From the NCBI GenBank assembly GCA_026196955.1, contig JAPHTO010000060.1, forward strand, positions 18,425 to 82,424: DNA of 64,000 bases. Reading direction: 5' to 3'. Each line of letters opens with the position of its first letter. Position 1 is the stretch's first letter. Below the pieces are notes generated by a model. The model had not been told where the DNA came from. It did no database searches and was given only the letters and a program-made list of their open reading frames with translations. Of this stretch, positions 50,269-60,765 are shown one piece after another. A program made the position numbers and the translations under genes. Origin of the DNA: Colwellia sp. (GTDB taxonomy: Bacteria; Pseudomonadota; Gammaproteobacteria; Enterobacterales; Alteromonadaceae).

Positions 50269-50943
50269 TTAATTTTTCATTATGTGTACTACTTTACCTT
50301 CAATAAACTGTGTTTTTGCTGCTGTTGCTAAATAACTCAGCTTACCTTCAATAATAATATTATCGTCTACTTTCGCCTTTTCAACTAAATTTTGCGCTTG
50401 TTTCCCCCAAACATGCAATTCACGCGCTAATAAAATGGTTTGCCAGTTTTGCTTGTCGATATCGTATACGTGCTGACTAATCGTGATATTGACTTGTGCC
50501 ATCTGCTTATTGTTTGCCGTGGTAATCAATTGCGGCATTGACGCTATTTTGCCACTACAATGAATTTGATTAATACTTTGAGTATACCCTTTAGCAAATT
50601 TTTGAATAAAACTAGCATGAACAATTGGAGGATGCTCATTCACCTTAGCGTTACTCGGCTTGATGTTACTTAAATATCCCTGCACTAATATTACATCACC
50701 TTTTTCTGCAAATAAAAGTGCCTGCTCAACAAGCTCCCCTTCCACTTTGACATGATGATAACTAGTCCATTCTTTGTATTGGTTAGTTTTTTTATCTAGC
50801 CACTTACTACTCGTTGCTATGGTCACCTCAGTAATGGCTGACACTGGATTAGCGCGGTAGCGAATATCAGGCTTGCTGACTAAATTTCCGAGCAAGGTAA
50901 CAGAGCATAACTGCGGATTTTGCACAGGGGCGACTTGATGCAT
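50269..50943 (-). CDS. Tandem-OB-fold SSB-like protein without an acidic C-terminal tail
   Basis: OB1 LLGNLVSKPDIRYRANPVSAITEVTIATSSKWLDKKTNQYKEWTSYHHVKVEG parallels E. coli SSB residues ~8-60, including both Trp. OB2 (res ~130-215) repeats the pattern. There is no DDDIPF-type tip. Confidence 0.6.
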   Translation of the reverse strand: MHQVAPVQNPQLCSVTLLGNLVSKPDIRYRANPVSAITEVTIATSSKWLDKKTNQYKEWTSYHHVKVEGELVEQALLFAEKGDVILVQGYLSNIKPSNAKVNEHPPIVHASFIQKFAKGYTQSINQIHCSGKIASMPQLITTANNKQMAQVNITISQHVYDIDKQNWQTILLARELHVWGKQAQNLVEKAKVDDNIIIEGKLSYLATAAKTQFIEGKVVHIMKN

Positions 50944-51090
50944 AACATAACTCTAATTTAAAAATAATAACTGTCGATAATATACCATTATCAATAAGGA
51001 CAATCGGCCTTTTCGGGTAGTTTTTGAAAATTATTGACTATTCATCTTATATATTAAAATATACAATAACATTAAAACGCACAGGCTAAT

Positions 51091-52992
51091 GTGTACATGA
51101 TAACAGCACACTATAAATCTTCAATAATGATACTCATAGTGTCCGTTGTTCTACTTTTTAACAACACTACTTTCTCGCAGCAATTAAGCAAAGAGCAAGT
51201 CAAAGTCGCCTACCTCTACAACTTTTTAAAGCACATCACTTGGCCTGATGAGCATAATAAAAAGCAATTTGTTATTGCCGTCTATCGAGATGCTGACTTT
51301 TATGCGTTATTAGTGCGCTCCTTTAACAATAAACGCGTCAGCGGCAAGGATATTAACCTAGTCGCGATAAGTGATGTTTCTCAAGCTAGAGCCGCAGATT
51401 TACTTTACATTCCCAGCCAATTTAATAACAAACTCGCTCAAATAGCGGCGCAGGTTAGAAGCTCACAAACCCTGCTAGTTACCGATAATAGTGCTGATAA
51501 ACACAATGCTATGGTGAACTTAATTGATAGCGATAATAATGCGATTTCTTTTGAAATCAATCAATCCAATATCATTTATGAAAAACTAAAAACATCTCCG
51601 CAATTACTCTTGCTAGGAGGCACTGAACTAGACATAGCGTCTTTATACCGTGAAACAGAGCAGGCAATGCAGCAGACAAGGGAGCGAGAGTCTACTTTAA
51701 ATGCCACGTTAGCCATTCAGCAAGCGAAAATAAAATCAACTAATCAAAAGCTCAGCCAGCTTAACGCTGAATTAGCACGCAGCAGTCAAGAAATAAATCA
51801 ACAGCAATTGGCAATGCAAAAGAAAGAACAGGAATTAGCATTTATTCTTCAGCAACTCAGTGAAGCCAACAAAAATTTTGGTAAACAAACTCAAGCCATC
51901 TCAGAGAAAAAACAGCAAGTAGCAGCCAAAGAGCAAGAAAACCAACAAATGGCAAATTTGATCAAGCAAAATAAGATCATTCTCCAAGAGCAACAGCAAA
52001 ACATAAACAATCAACAACAAGCACTCAATATACAAAATGATGAATTAGCAGCACAGCAACAAACAATTGTCGAACAAAAAACCACCATCACGATTACCAG
52101 TATATTAATTATTTTTGTCGCATTAGTGTTAATACTACTAGTCGGTTTATTCCTAAAAAATAAAAAAACTACCCGTAAACTTAGCGTTGCCTTAGCGCAT
52201 TTGGAGGAAACGCAAAATCAACTAATACAATCAGAAAAAATGGCTTCTCTAGGTAAACTCATTGCAGGTGTTGCTCATGAAATTAATACCCCCCTGGGTA
52301 TTGCAGTAACCTCCACTAGCCTTATTCAAGAAAACACGGAAGAAATAGCCAAAAAACTCAACAATAAAACATTAAGTCAAAGACAATTACAGTCTTTTAT
52401 TAATATCGTTAGCGAGTCATCAGTCATCTCTAATAAAGGCTTAGAGCGGGTGATCCAGTTAATGCATAACTTTAAAGAAGTCGCTGCCGATCAGATTGTA
52501 GAAGAAATGAGAAAAATAAATTTAGCGGATTATATTGATGAAGTCATGACAACGCTTGCCAGTGAGTTGAAAAAAAACAAGATCGCATACCAATACAAGG
52601 GGGAATGCGATCTTGCTATTAACACTATACCTGGGGCTTTGGCTCAAGTAGTCACAAATTTAGTGAACAACTCTATTCGACATGGCTTTGATACTGACAA
52701 TTGCCAAGATAGTTTAGGAAATCGTATAACCATTTCTCTTGAGCAAAATAGCCATGATGAGGTTTGTCTCACCTACCAAGATAACGGCAAGGGCATGGAT
52801 GAAAAAACCTTATTGCAAGTGTTTGACCCCTTTTTTACCACCAAGCGCAATAAAGGTGGTACAGGGTTAGGCATGAATATTGTGTTTAATATTGTCGAGC
52901 AAAAATTAAATGGTCATATAGAAATGCAAAGTAGTTTAGGAGAAGGGGTCATTTGTACTATCACTCTCCCCTTACTAACACTTACCGTTTAA
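51091..52992 (+). CDS. Orphan sensor histidine kinase with a YfiR/DUF4154-like periplasmic domain and a Q-rich coiled coil
   Basis: VKVAYLYNFLKHITWPD (YfiR-like); ~150-aa Q-rich coiled coil; TM helix; H-box GVAHEINTPLG; HATPase N/G boxes (NLVNNSIRHG, DNGKGM, GTGLGMNI). No response regulator is adjacent. Confidence 0.8.
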   Translation: MYMITAHYKSSIMILIVSVVLLFNNTTFSQQLSKEQVKVAYLYNFLKHITWPDEHNKKQFVIAVYRDADFYALLVRSFNNKRVSGKDINLVAISDVSQARAADLLYIPSQFNNKLAQIAAQVRSSQTLLVTDNSADKHNAMVNLIDSDNNAISFEINQSNIIYEKLKTSPQLLLLGGTELDIASLYRETEQAMQQTRERESTLNATLAIQQAKIKSTNQKLSQLNAELARSSQEINQQQLAMQKKEQELAFILQQLSEANKNFGKQTQAISEKKQQVAAKEQENQQMANLIKQNKIILQEQQQNINNQQQALNIQNDELAAQQQTIVEQKTTITITSILIIFVALVLILLVGLFLKNKKTTRKLSVALAHLEETQNQLIQSEKMASLGKLIAGVAHEINTPLGIAVTSTSLIQENTEEIAKKLNNKTLSQRQLQSFINIVSESSVISNKGLERVIQLMHNFKEVAADQIVEEMRKINLADYIDEVMTTLASELKKNKIAYQYKGECDLAINTIPGALAQVVTNLVNNSIRHGFDTDNCQDSLGNRITISLEQNSHDEVCLTYQDNGKGMDEKTLLQVFDPFFTTKRNKGGTGLGMNIVFNIVEQKLNGHIEMQSSLGEGVICTITLPLLTLTV

Positions 52993-53951
52993 GTGAACTC
53001 GCGTTTTCTTTTTCGCATGGTATAAAAAGAGTCAAAACTATATAAAGCCAATGCCGACCAAATGAAAATAAAGGTTATAAATTCAGCTGCTTGTATTGAT
53101 TCTTGATAATAAAACACCGCCAAAAGAAACATAATACTAGGGCCTATGTATTGAAAAAATCCCAAACTAGATAAGGTGAGGCGTTTAGCTGCTGCGGTAA
53201 AGCACAGCAAAGGCGCTGTTGTTACTACGCCAGCTAACATCAAAATTATATTTAAGTGTTGGCTGTTAGCCATTAAATTGCTTGAAGGGCTGTTAACAAA
53301 AAATCCCCAGTAAATTAATGCAAACGGTAGCATTAATAGTGACTCAACCAGCAAACCAACAAATGAATCCACTTGCATCTTTTTACGTAATACACCATAA
53401 ATAGCGAATGAACTCGCTAATGCCAAAGAAACAATTGGTAGTGTACCTAGGGTAAACAATTGCACTAACACCCCCACCACCGCCAATATCACCGCAATAA
53501 ATTGAGTCTTTCGTAAACGCTCACTAAAAAACAACATACCCAAAGCCACATTGAATAAGGGATTAATAAAGTACCCCAAACTTGCATCAAGTAAATGATC
53601 ATTATTTACCGCCCAAATAAATAATAACCAATTAAAGGCTAATATAGTGGCTGACAGTGTTAGCTTTAACATAAGCTTTGGTTGCTGGCAAAGGGTGATA
53701 ACGGCTTGCCACTTTTTCATCATCACAACGAGTATGAGTAAAAACAAGCTAGACCAAATAATACGGTGCATCAGAATTTCACCGGCACCAATATCTAACA
53801 ATAGCTTAAAATACATTGGAGCAATGCCCCACATAGCATAAGCCGCTAACGCATTAGCCACACCTGCATGGTTACTTTCTTGCTGCTTTTGTAATGATAC
53901 TTGACTCATAAAGACATAATTTGCAATGGCAAAGGGGGCGCATAATAGCAC
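52989..53951 (-). CDS. rarD: EamA/DMT-family transporter RarD (start possibly 53909)
   Basis: Ten-TM DMT pattern and an N-terminus ...GVANALAAYAMWGIAPMYFKLL like RarD; rarD-yigI-recQ neighbourhood as in E. coli. Confidence 0.8.
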   Translation of the reverse strand: MLLCAPFAIANYVFMSQVSLQKQQESNHAGVANALAAYAMWGIAPMYFKLLLDIGAGEILMHRIIWSSLFLLILVVMMKKWQAVITLCQQPKLMLKLTLSATILAFNWLLFIWAVNNDHLLDASLGYFINPLFNVALGMLFFSERLRKTQFIAVILAVVGVLVQLFTLGTLPIVSLALASSFAIYGVLRKKMQVDSFVGLLVESLLMLPFALIYWGFFVNSPSSNLMANSQHLNIILMLAGVVTTAPLLCFTAAAKRLTLSSLGFFQYIGPSIMFLLAVFYYQESIQAAEFITFIFIWSALALYSFDSFYTMRKRKREFT

Positions 53952-54011
53952 AGCTATTAGAATTTCTTTCTATTATATTACCCAAGGGTTCACACGCCGA
54001 TTTGGGAAGAA

Positions 54012-54467
54012 TTAACCCACCATATAGGTCCCTGTACCAAAGGCAATATGTTCTCCTAGCTCGTTATGCATCTCCATTCGGGCAACAGCCACTTTACTCC
54101 CGCTACGAATAATATGAGCGGTAACAATAAATTGCTCGCCACGTCCAGGTCGTAAAAAGTCTGTTCGTAAATCTATGGTGCCAACCTTACTCAAGCCCTG
54201 CTTGACTGTTTCAGGTGTGACATCAGCAAGCTGCTCAATAATGTTAGCAGCGGCTACCGTACCACCCGCTAAATCTAAGGCTGAAGCCGTCACACCACCA
54301 TGAAGAATTTTCTGCATAGGATTACCAATCAGCTTATCTTGCCAGACAAAGCGTACTTCTGATTTTTTAGCATTAAAGCGCGTTATCTCTAGACCAAGCA
54401 GCTGGTTGAAGGGCATATTATTATTCCACTCTTCGGTTAGTTGTTTATACACTGCTTCATAATTCAT
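54012..54467 (-). CDS. yigI: Hotdog-fold (PaaI/4HBT) thioesterase, YigI-like
   Basis: From Met27: MNYEAVYKQL...; motif ILHGGVTASALDLAGG; ~151 aa. Confidence 0.75.
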   Translation of the reverse strand: MNYEAVYKQLTEEWNNNMPFNQLLGLEITRFNAKKSEVRFVWQDKLIGNPMQKILHGGVTASALDLAGGTVAAANIIEQLADVTPETVKQGLSKVGTIDLRTDFLRPGRGEQFIVTAHIIRSGSKVAVARMEMHNELGEHIAFGTGTYMVG

Positions 54468-54587
54468 GTGATTTCTCTCTGGTCTGATGTGTTGATAATT
54501 AAGACTAACATCCTTTTGACGAATTAGTGTAAAAATAATGATCACTCACAAGCAACTCTAGGGTAAAATAGTTGTCATTAACCCCCC

Positions 54588-56426
54588 TTGAAGAAAATCT
54601 TGTTGAACACGAACATCTGCCCTTCTGTCTCAGAAGAAAACAAAAACCTTCTGCTAGATACATTAAAGCATTATTTTGGCTATGACAGCTTTCGCCCTGG
54701 ACAAGCAGAAATTATCGAGAGCCTGATGCAAGGTAGAGATTCATTAGTCTTAATGCCTACAGGTGGTGGTAAATCTTTATGTTACCAACTCCCCGCCATT
54801 TTACTACCTGGGGTAACGATTGTTGTCTCACCATTAATAGCGTTAATGAAGGATCAAGTTGATAATTTAACTAGGCAGGGAATTCCTGCCGCCTTCATCA
54901 ATTCATCATTAGACCCACAAACGATAAACGCTATTTTTTCTCGCCTTGCTAAAGGGGAAATAAAGCTACTTTACGTCGCACCTGAGCGTTTAACCAATCG
55001 CTACTTTTTACAAGGACTAAGTGATCTTCCGTTAAGCTTATTTGCCATCGACGAAGCCCATTGTATTTCACAATGGGGGCATGATTTTCGTCCTGCATAT
55101 ACCCAGTTGCAATGTTTGAAACAGTACTTTCCAAGCGTACCTGTTATGGCGCTTACCGCTACCGCCGATGTTACAACCCGAAAAGATATCTTGACGCAGT
55201 TAGCGTTAAATAACCCATACATACAACTAGATAGTTTCGATAGATCCAATATTCGTTTTACCCTAGCGCAAAAATACGATGGTGAAAAACAAGTGTTAGG
55301 CTATATCCGCAAGCAAGGTGAAGATAGTGGCATTATATATTGCAATAGTCGTTGGCAAGTGGAGAAACTCGCCAAATATTTAGCCGCATGTGGGGTTAAC
55401 TGTGCGGCTTATCATGCAGGTTTAGAAAATGAAATTCGCGCTATGGTGCAAGATGGCTTTACCAAAGACAACATTCAAATAGTTATTGCAACTGTTGCCT
55501 TCGGTTTGGGGATCAACAAACCCAATGTCCGTTATGTTATTCATTTTGAACCACCGCGAACTTTAGAGTCTTATTATCAAGAAATTGGCCGCGCTGGTCG
55601 TGATGGACTACCCGCCGAAGCGTTATTTTTAGTGGCTGAAAAAGATATCACTCGCATTAAAAAGCGTATTAGCGAAGGTGATAATCAAACAAGAGTGAAA
55701 GTGGAATTACAACGTTTTGCAGCACTAAGTGCTTTTGTTGATGCACAGACTTGCCGTCGACAAGTAGTGCTTAATTATTTTGCTGAATACACAGAGCAAG
55801 GTTGCGGCAACTGCGATATTTGTCTAGATCCACCGAGTCAATTTGATGCCACCATTCCGGCGCAAAAAGTACTCTCTTGTGTATATCGCATTAAAGGGCA
55901 AGGTGATATTAATCATGTTATTGATGTATTACGTGGCGAGCTTACAGAAAAAGTAAAAAGGCTAGAGCACAATAAGGCCTCTACATTTGCCATTGGGCAA
56001 GGAAAAACACCGGGTTATTGGTTTGCCTTAATAGCACAACTAATACATTTAGGTTATTTACAGCAAGATATTGAGCAAGAGTCTAATCTGTGTTTAACAC
56101 AAGCTTCGGGCTCTGTTCTTAAAGCATGTGAGCCATTAATGCTAGCCAGCCCTCGTTTGCAAAAAGCCAGTTATTGGCAACACAAAAGCCAACAAAAAAC
56201 CTACGATAGAGGCTTATTTGCTAAATTACGTGAGTTGCGTAAAAGTATTGCTGACAGTGAAGATATTGCACCATTTATTGTATTTAATGATGCGACATTA
56301 TCTGAATTAGCCCGCGTACAGCCGCTAACGTCTCAACAAATGTTAGCGATTAGTGGTATTGGCGATGTTAAACTTGCGCGCTACGGCCAAGCATTTTTAT
56401 CTTTGATTAAAGAGCATAACCCATAA
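54588..56426 (+). CDS. recQ: ATP-dependent DNA helicase RecQ
   Basis: 612 aa, TTG start; motifs [29 protein letters not shown] ([17 protein letters not shown]), zinc-binding CRR...CGNCDIC, and a C-terminal HRDC domain. Confidence 0.95.
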   Translation: MKKILLNTNICPSVSEENKNLLLDTLKHYFGYDSFRPGQAEIIESLMQGRDSLVLMPTGGGKSLCYQLPAILLPGVTIVVSPLIALMKDQVDNLTRQGIPAAFINSSLDPQTINAIFSRLAKGEIKLLYVAPERLTNRYFLQGLSDLPLSLFAIDEAHCISQWGHDFRPAYTQLQCLKQYFPSVPVMALTATADVTTRKDILTQLALNNPYIQLDSFDRSNIRFTLAQKYDGEKQVLGYIRKQGEDSGIIYCNSRWQVEKLAKYLAACGVNCAAYHAGLENEIRAMVQDGFTKDNIQIVIATVAFGLGINKPNVRYVIHFEPPRTLESYYQEIGRAGRDGLPAEALFLVAEKDITRIKKRISEGDNQTRVKVELQRFAALSAFVDAQTCRRQVVLNYFAEYTEQGCGNCDICLDPPSQFDATIPAQKVLSCVYRIKGQGDINHVIDVLRGELTEKVKRLEHNKASTFAIGQGKTPGYWFALIAQLIHLGYLQQDIEQESNLCLTQASGSVLKACEPLMLASPRLQKASYWQHKSQQKTYDRGLFAKLRELRKSIADSEDIAPFIVFNDATLSELARVQPLTSQQMLAISGIGDVKLARYGQAFLSLIKEHNP

Positions 56427-56457
56427 CGCCCTGCTAAATTTTTTATCACTTAAGATC

Positions 56458-56484
56458 AAAAAAAGCGCCAATGGCGCTTTTTTA
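56458..56484. terminator. Bidirectional intrinsic terminator between recQ and the cytochrome c gene
   Basis: A-run, GCGCC-AAT-GGCGC hairpin, T-run. Confidence 0.8.
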
Positions 56485-56524
56485 TTCGCTACTCATTACG
56501 GGTAGCATTTTATTACTATGACGC

Positions 56525-56824
56525 TTATTTCAAACTTGCGTAATATGCTGCTAGGTTAGCTATATCTGCATCACTTAAAGCCGCAACCATACCTTTCATG
56601 GTAGGGTCATTTCGTTTGCCAGATTTAAAATCTTTCAGTTGCTTAGCTGTGTAAGCTTCTTTTTGGCCTGCAAGGTTCGGATAAGTAGGAACAGCAGAAA
56701 TACCAGCAGTGCCATGACATGCGCTACACATCATAGATTTAGCTTTACCAGCTTCAACATCACCAGCTAAGGCAGGACCAGCCATCATTACGGTTGCAGC
56801 AACTGCAAGAGTAAGTTTTTTCAT
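56525..56824 (-). CDS. Periplasmic class I c-type monohaem cytochrome
   Basis: Signal peptide, haem motif CSACHG, distal Met region (DPTMKGMV), 99 aa. Confidence 0.85.
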   Translation of the reverse strand: MKKLTLAVAATVMMAGPALAGDVEAGKAKSMMCSACHGTAGISAVPTYPNLAGQKEAYTAKQLKDFKSGKRNDPTMKGMVAALSDADIANLAAYYASLK

Positions 56825-57012
56825 AGTAATTGTCTCTCTTTGTCTATAAATTTATTTTCTGAAAATAGTATAAGTAAAATAATTTAGGCTGTCGTCGTTT
56901 TTTTAACTTAATATAGTGATTAGCATCAAATATTCATAATTAAACCACTAAATATGCTTATTGTTGTGATAATTTGGTATGATTTCTGTTTACCTATTTA
57001 CCTCTTGTCAGG

Positions 57013-57327
57013 TTGCTAATGTCTGAAATAGCAGTGCAAATAATTAACTGTATTGATGAGCAGATCACTGTTCTTTTTGATCAAAATTGGTTTCATGAAG
57101 ACACGACTTGGCTTCATCAATTAATTTTAGACAAAATTCCTGATCATCAAATCATGGAAACAATCCTTGGAGCAGATAGAGAGAACATACGCTTTCGCTG
57201 GCAAGACGCTGAGTTTGCCTTAAATTTCGAGTACTACAGCCAGTCCTGTTGGATTTGTGCTCAAGATGAAATTAGCACCTTGAAAATCCAATCATTGTTT
57301 CAGTTAATATCAAAAAACGATGTTTGA
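57013..57327 (+). CDS. Hypothetical protein
   Basis: 104-aa ORF (TTG start) overlapping the next gene by 8 nt, which suggests co-translation. No motif recognised. Confidence 0.45.
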   Translation: MLMSEIAVQIINCIDEQITVLFDQNWFHEDTTWLHQLILDKIPDHQIMETILGADRENIRFRWQDAEFALNFEYYSQSCWICAQDEISTLKIQSLFQLISKNDV

Positions 57328-57781
57328 TAAAATACTCATTAGCCGCTGCTTTTTAGGCGAAAAAGTTCGTTATAACAGTGAGGTTATAGCGCTGAAGCAT
57401 CCATTACTCACCTTGTGGCAACAACAAAATCGCTTCATTGCCATTTGCCCAGAAATTGCTGGAGGCTTATCAGTACCAAGAGAGCCTGCGGAGCAAAATC
57501 AAGTTAATGGAGAAATACTCACTTGCACAGGAGTTAATGTCACTAAACAATTTAATGTTGGTGCGCAACAAAGTCTCGCATTATGCCAACAACACCATAT
57601 TCGTTTCGCATTGTTGAAGGAATCAAGCCCCTCTTGTGGTAGCACATTGATTTATGACGGTACTTTTGCTAACAAAAAAATTGCCGGGCAAGGTGTTACT
57701 AGCCAATTACTCACTCAAGCAGGTATTCAAGTATTTTCAGAAAATACTATTGAAGCGCTAGCAACCTTATTAGATAAATAA
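57320..57781 (+). CDS. DUF523 (TudS-like Fe-S) family protein
   Basis: ILISRCFLGEKVRYN ... CPEIAGGLSVPREPAE ... KESSPSCGS: three conserved Cys in DUF523 spacing. Confidence 0.65.
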   Translation: MFDKILISRCFLGEKVRYNSEVIALKHPLLTLWQQQNRFIAICPEIAGGLSVPREPAEQNQVNGEILTCTGVNVTKQFNVGAQQSLALCQQHHIRFALLKESSPSCGSTLIYDGTFANKKIAGQGVTSQLLTQAGIQVFSENTIEALATLLDK

Positions 57782-57790
57782 GCTCTGTGT

Positions 57791-58774
57791 CTACTTTCTA
57801 CTTTCGCTGACAATTGCTTTACGGCTGCGATTGATAAACTGATTCAACCCTTCTTTCGCTTGCATTTCACCTACCCCTAATGAAACACTCATTTTAGGTA
57901 GCCTAATACCCGATTGAACACTGACAAAACGGAGTTTTTCTACGCCCTGCTTTATCTTTTCCGCTATCTCAGAAGCGATACCACCATCAACATCGGGTAA
58001 TAATACAATAAACTCATCATTAGCAGAACGCACAGGTAAGCCACTATCATCAACGTAACTGGCTACTTTTTTGGCTATTTTAGATAAAATGACATCGCCA
58101 ATTAAACCACCAAATTTTTCACTAAACTTAGCAAAATGATCAACACTCACCACAATAGCAGCCACCGTCCTATTTGCATCTTCTATCAACCAGGTATCAA
58201 CATGCTTAGACATAGCCTTGCGATTATATAAACCTGTGACGGGATCTAAATAAACCTCTTGACGAACTTCTTCTAATTCATCTTCTAATGTTTTGGTATA
58301 TTGCTGTGACTGTAGCAGCTGCTCTGCTAGTTGTTGTTGCTGCTTTTTAAAAATAATTGAAGCACGATGCAACTGAGTTATTGCAGTTTTCACCTCAGCT
58401 TTATCATGAGACATTAAGGCGGGAATATTATCATCAAGCTGTTCAATCAATCCTTCAGCACTGGTAGTAGATTGCTGACAACTGTGTTGAACCTGTTGAA
58501 ATAATTGAGCAAGATCAGAAACGATTTCATGGCGAAATTTACTTTGCTCAAGAAAATGCTCTTTATATAGTTGCTCCATAAAAAAGCCATCTAGCGCTTT
58601 ACCCGATAACAGTAGGCGTTTAATAGCGGCTACAAGTATTGGGTTATTGTTTTTACAATATTCATAGCTAACAGCATAATTGATGGGGTTAACAGCTAAA
58701 TGCCACTGTTTCAGCTGCTTAACTGCCAGCGACATGGTTTTATCTGCTTGTTTTATAGAATCGTGATATTTCAC
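57791..58774 (-). CDS. Helical sensor domain plus degenerate GGDEF domain protein (SANDEF in place of GGDEF)
   Basis: DPVTGLYNRKAM ... VSVDHFAKFSEKFGGLIGDVILSKIA ... RSANDEFIVLLPD: GGDEF fold with substituted signature glycines. Confidence 0.75.
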   Translation of the reverse strand: MKYHDSIKQADKTMSLAVKQLKQWHLAVNPINYAVSYEYCKNNNPILVAAIKRLLLSGKALDGFFMEQLYKEHFLEQSKFRHEIVSDLAQLFQQVQHSCQQSTTSAEGLIEQLDDNIPALMSHDKAEVKTAITQLHRASIIFKKQQQQLAEQLLQSQQYTKTLEDELEEVRQEVYLDPVTGLYNRKAMSKHVDTWLIEDANRTVAAIVVSVDHFAKFSEKFGGLIGDVILSKIAKKVASYVDDSGLPVRSANDEFIVLLPDVDGGIASEIAEKIKQGVEKLRFVSVQSGIRLPKMSVSLGVGEMQAKEGLNQFINRSRKAIVSESRK

Positions 58775-58950
58775 CGATCCACCTCATTGCGTTATGGCAG
58801 TCCATGCCTGCTTTTAGTGTTCTTTGACACCTATTATTTATATTCTCTAGCATCTAAGCACAAATATCTACAAAATTTATGTTATTTATCTGTAACCTTA
58901 GTTTGCAACTCTGCTAAAGTAATCAATCCTTCAACTTTGAGTTATTTAGA

Positions 58951-60759
58951 ATGAAACTTTTATTTTCCATCGCAATAGCATTTTTTCTTACCAGTTGTAG
59001 TCAAACACCTGATACTTCAGCAAAGCCTACCGCTATTTCTTCAAGTAAAAGTGATCAACATTTACAACAATTAATTCAAACTCATCAACAATTTTATCTG
59101 CAATCAAGTCCTTTTAACGACCCCCAAGAGGGAGGGAGCAATGGCAAATTACCGGACTTATCGCCGCAGTACCTCGCAAAGCAAAATAAAAAGCTCAATA
59201 ACATATATCAAGCGCTAATTAGGATTAGTAACGATGAGTTAAATAAAGAAAACCAAATTAATAGTGCGGTATTACTCTATACCATTAAAAATCAACTAGA
59301 CAGCTATAAAAATAAAGAGCATTACATGCCATTAACGGCTGAGTCAGGCTTTCATGTATGGATTTCCAATATAACTCAGCAGGTCAAGCTTAAAAGCCTA
59401 CAGGATTATCAAGACTATTTATCAAAATTACGCGCCATTCCCCGTTACTTTGAACAGCAAACTGCTTGGATGAATCTTGGCATTAAAGCTGGCATAACGC
59501 AGCCAAAGGTAGTTTTAGTTGGTTTTGAGCAATCAATAAAAGCTTTTATCGTTGATGATGTTACTAGCAGTCATTATTACCAACCTTTTACAAAGATGTC
59601 AGGACAAGTAACTCCTGAAAACCAAATAGCGCTTCAGCAAGAAGCCAAGAAAATTCTACGTGAAAAGGTCATTCCGGCATACCAACAATATTACCATTTT
59701 ATGGTTAACCAGTATAAGCCCAACGCCCGAGATAATATTGCCGCAACGTCATTACCCAATGGCGATGCCTACTATCAAAACAGAGTACAGCACTATACAA
59801 CATTAAGCATGAGCGCTGATGACGTGCATCAACAAGGTTTAGATGAAGTTAAGCGTATTCGTGCTGAAATGGATGCTATTATTAAGCAAGTTGAATTTGA
59901 GGGGAGCTTTGCCGATTTTATAAAATTTTTACGTAACGACGAACAATTTTATGCAAAGACGCCAAAAGCGCTACTAAAAGAAGCGTCTTATATTGCCAAG
60001 CAAATGGATGCTAAATTACCAGCACTCTTTAAAACACTACCTAGAACCCCTTACGGCGTTATTGAAGTCCCCGCAAGTATCGCTCCCAAGTATACAACAG
60101 GCCGCTATTCAGGCCCTACGCGTGATGATCAAGCAGGAAACTACTGGGTAAACACTTACCGACTTGATAGACGCCCGCTATACGTATTGCCTGCATTAAC
60201 CTTACATGAAGCAGTGCCTGGACACCATTTGCAGGGCTCAATTGCTAAAGAAATGAAAAATGTTCCTTTGTTTCGAAACCGCACATACATCTCTGCATTT
60301 GGCGAGGGTTGGGGTTTATATTCAGAGTATTTAGGAATTGAAGCGGGAATTTATCAAACTCCCTATCAAAATTTTGGTCGTTTAACCTATGAAATGTGGC
60401 GAGCATGTCGCCTTGTTGTTGATACGGGTATGCACACTAAAGGCTGGTCGCGCCAACAGGCTATTAATTACCTTGCTGATAATACCGCGCTATCACTGCA
60501 CAATGTACAAACAGAAGTGGACCGCTATATTTCATGGCCAGGACAAGCCTTATCATACAAGATTGGCGAATTGACAATTAAGCGCTTACGTCAAAAAGCA
60601 GAAAAAACTTTAGCCAATGATTTTGATTTGCGTGATTTTCATGATCAAATTTTGAAAAATGGTTCAATGCCATTATCCATGCTAGAAAAAGTAATCGATG
60701 CTTATATCACTAGCGAAGAATTGAAGCGAAATAAAAAAAGTGATGAAAAAAGATATTAA
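58951..60759 (+). CDS. DUF885-family lipoprotein (metallopeptidase-like HExxH)
   Basis: Lipobox LTSC; motif LHEAVPGHHLQ ... GEGWGLYSE; 602 aa. Confidence 0.8.
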   Translation: MKLLFSIAIAFFLTSCSQTPDTSAKPTAISSSKSDQHLQQLIQTHQQFYLQSSPFNDPQEGGSNGKLPDLSPQYLAKQNKKLNNIYQALIRISNDELNKENQINSAVLLYTIKNQLDSYKNKEHYMPLTAESGFHVWISNITQQVKLKSLQDYQDYLSKLRAIPRYFEQQTAWMNLGIKAGITQPKVVLVGFEQSIKAFIVDDVTSSHYYQPFTKMSGQVTPENQIALQQEAKKILREKVIPAYQQYYHFMVNQYKPNARDNIAATSLPNGDAYYQNRVQHYTTLSMSADDVHQQGLDEVKRIRAEMDAIIKQVEFEGSFADFIKFLRNDEQFYAKTPKALLKEASYIAKQMDAKLPALFKTLPRTPYGVIEVPASIAPKYTTGRYSGPTRDDQAGNYWVNTYRLDRRPLYVLPALTLHEAVPGHHLQGSIAKEMKNVPLFRNRTYISAFGEGWGLYSEYLGIEAGIYQTPYQNFGRLTYEMWRACRLVVDTGMHTKGWSRQQAINYLADNTALSLHNVQTEVDRYISWPGQALSYKIGELTIKRLRQKAEKTLANDFDLRDFHDQILKNGSMPLSMLEKVIDAYITSEELKRNKKSDEKRY

Positions 60760-60765
60760 TTAAGG

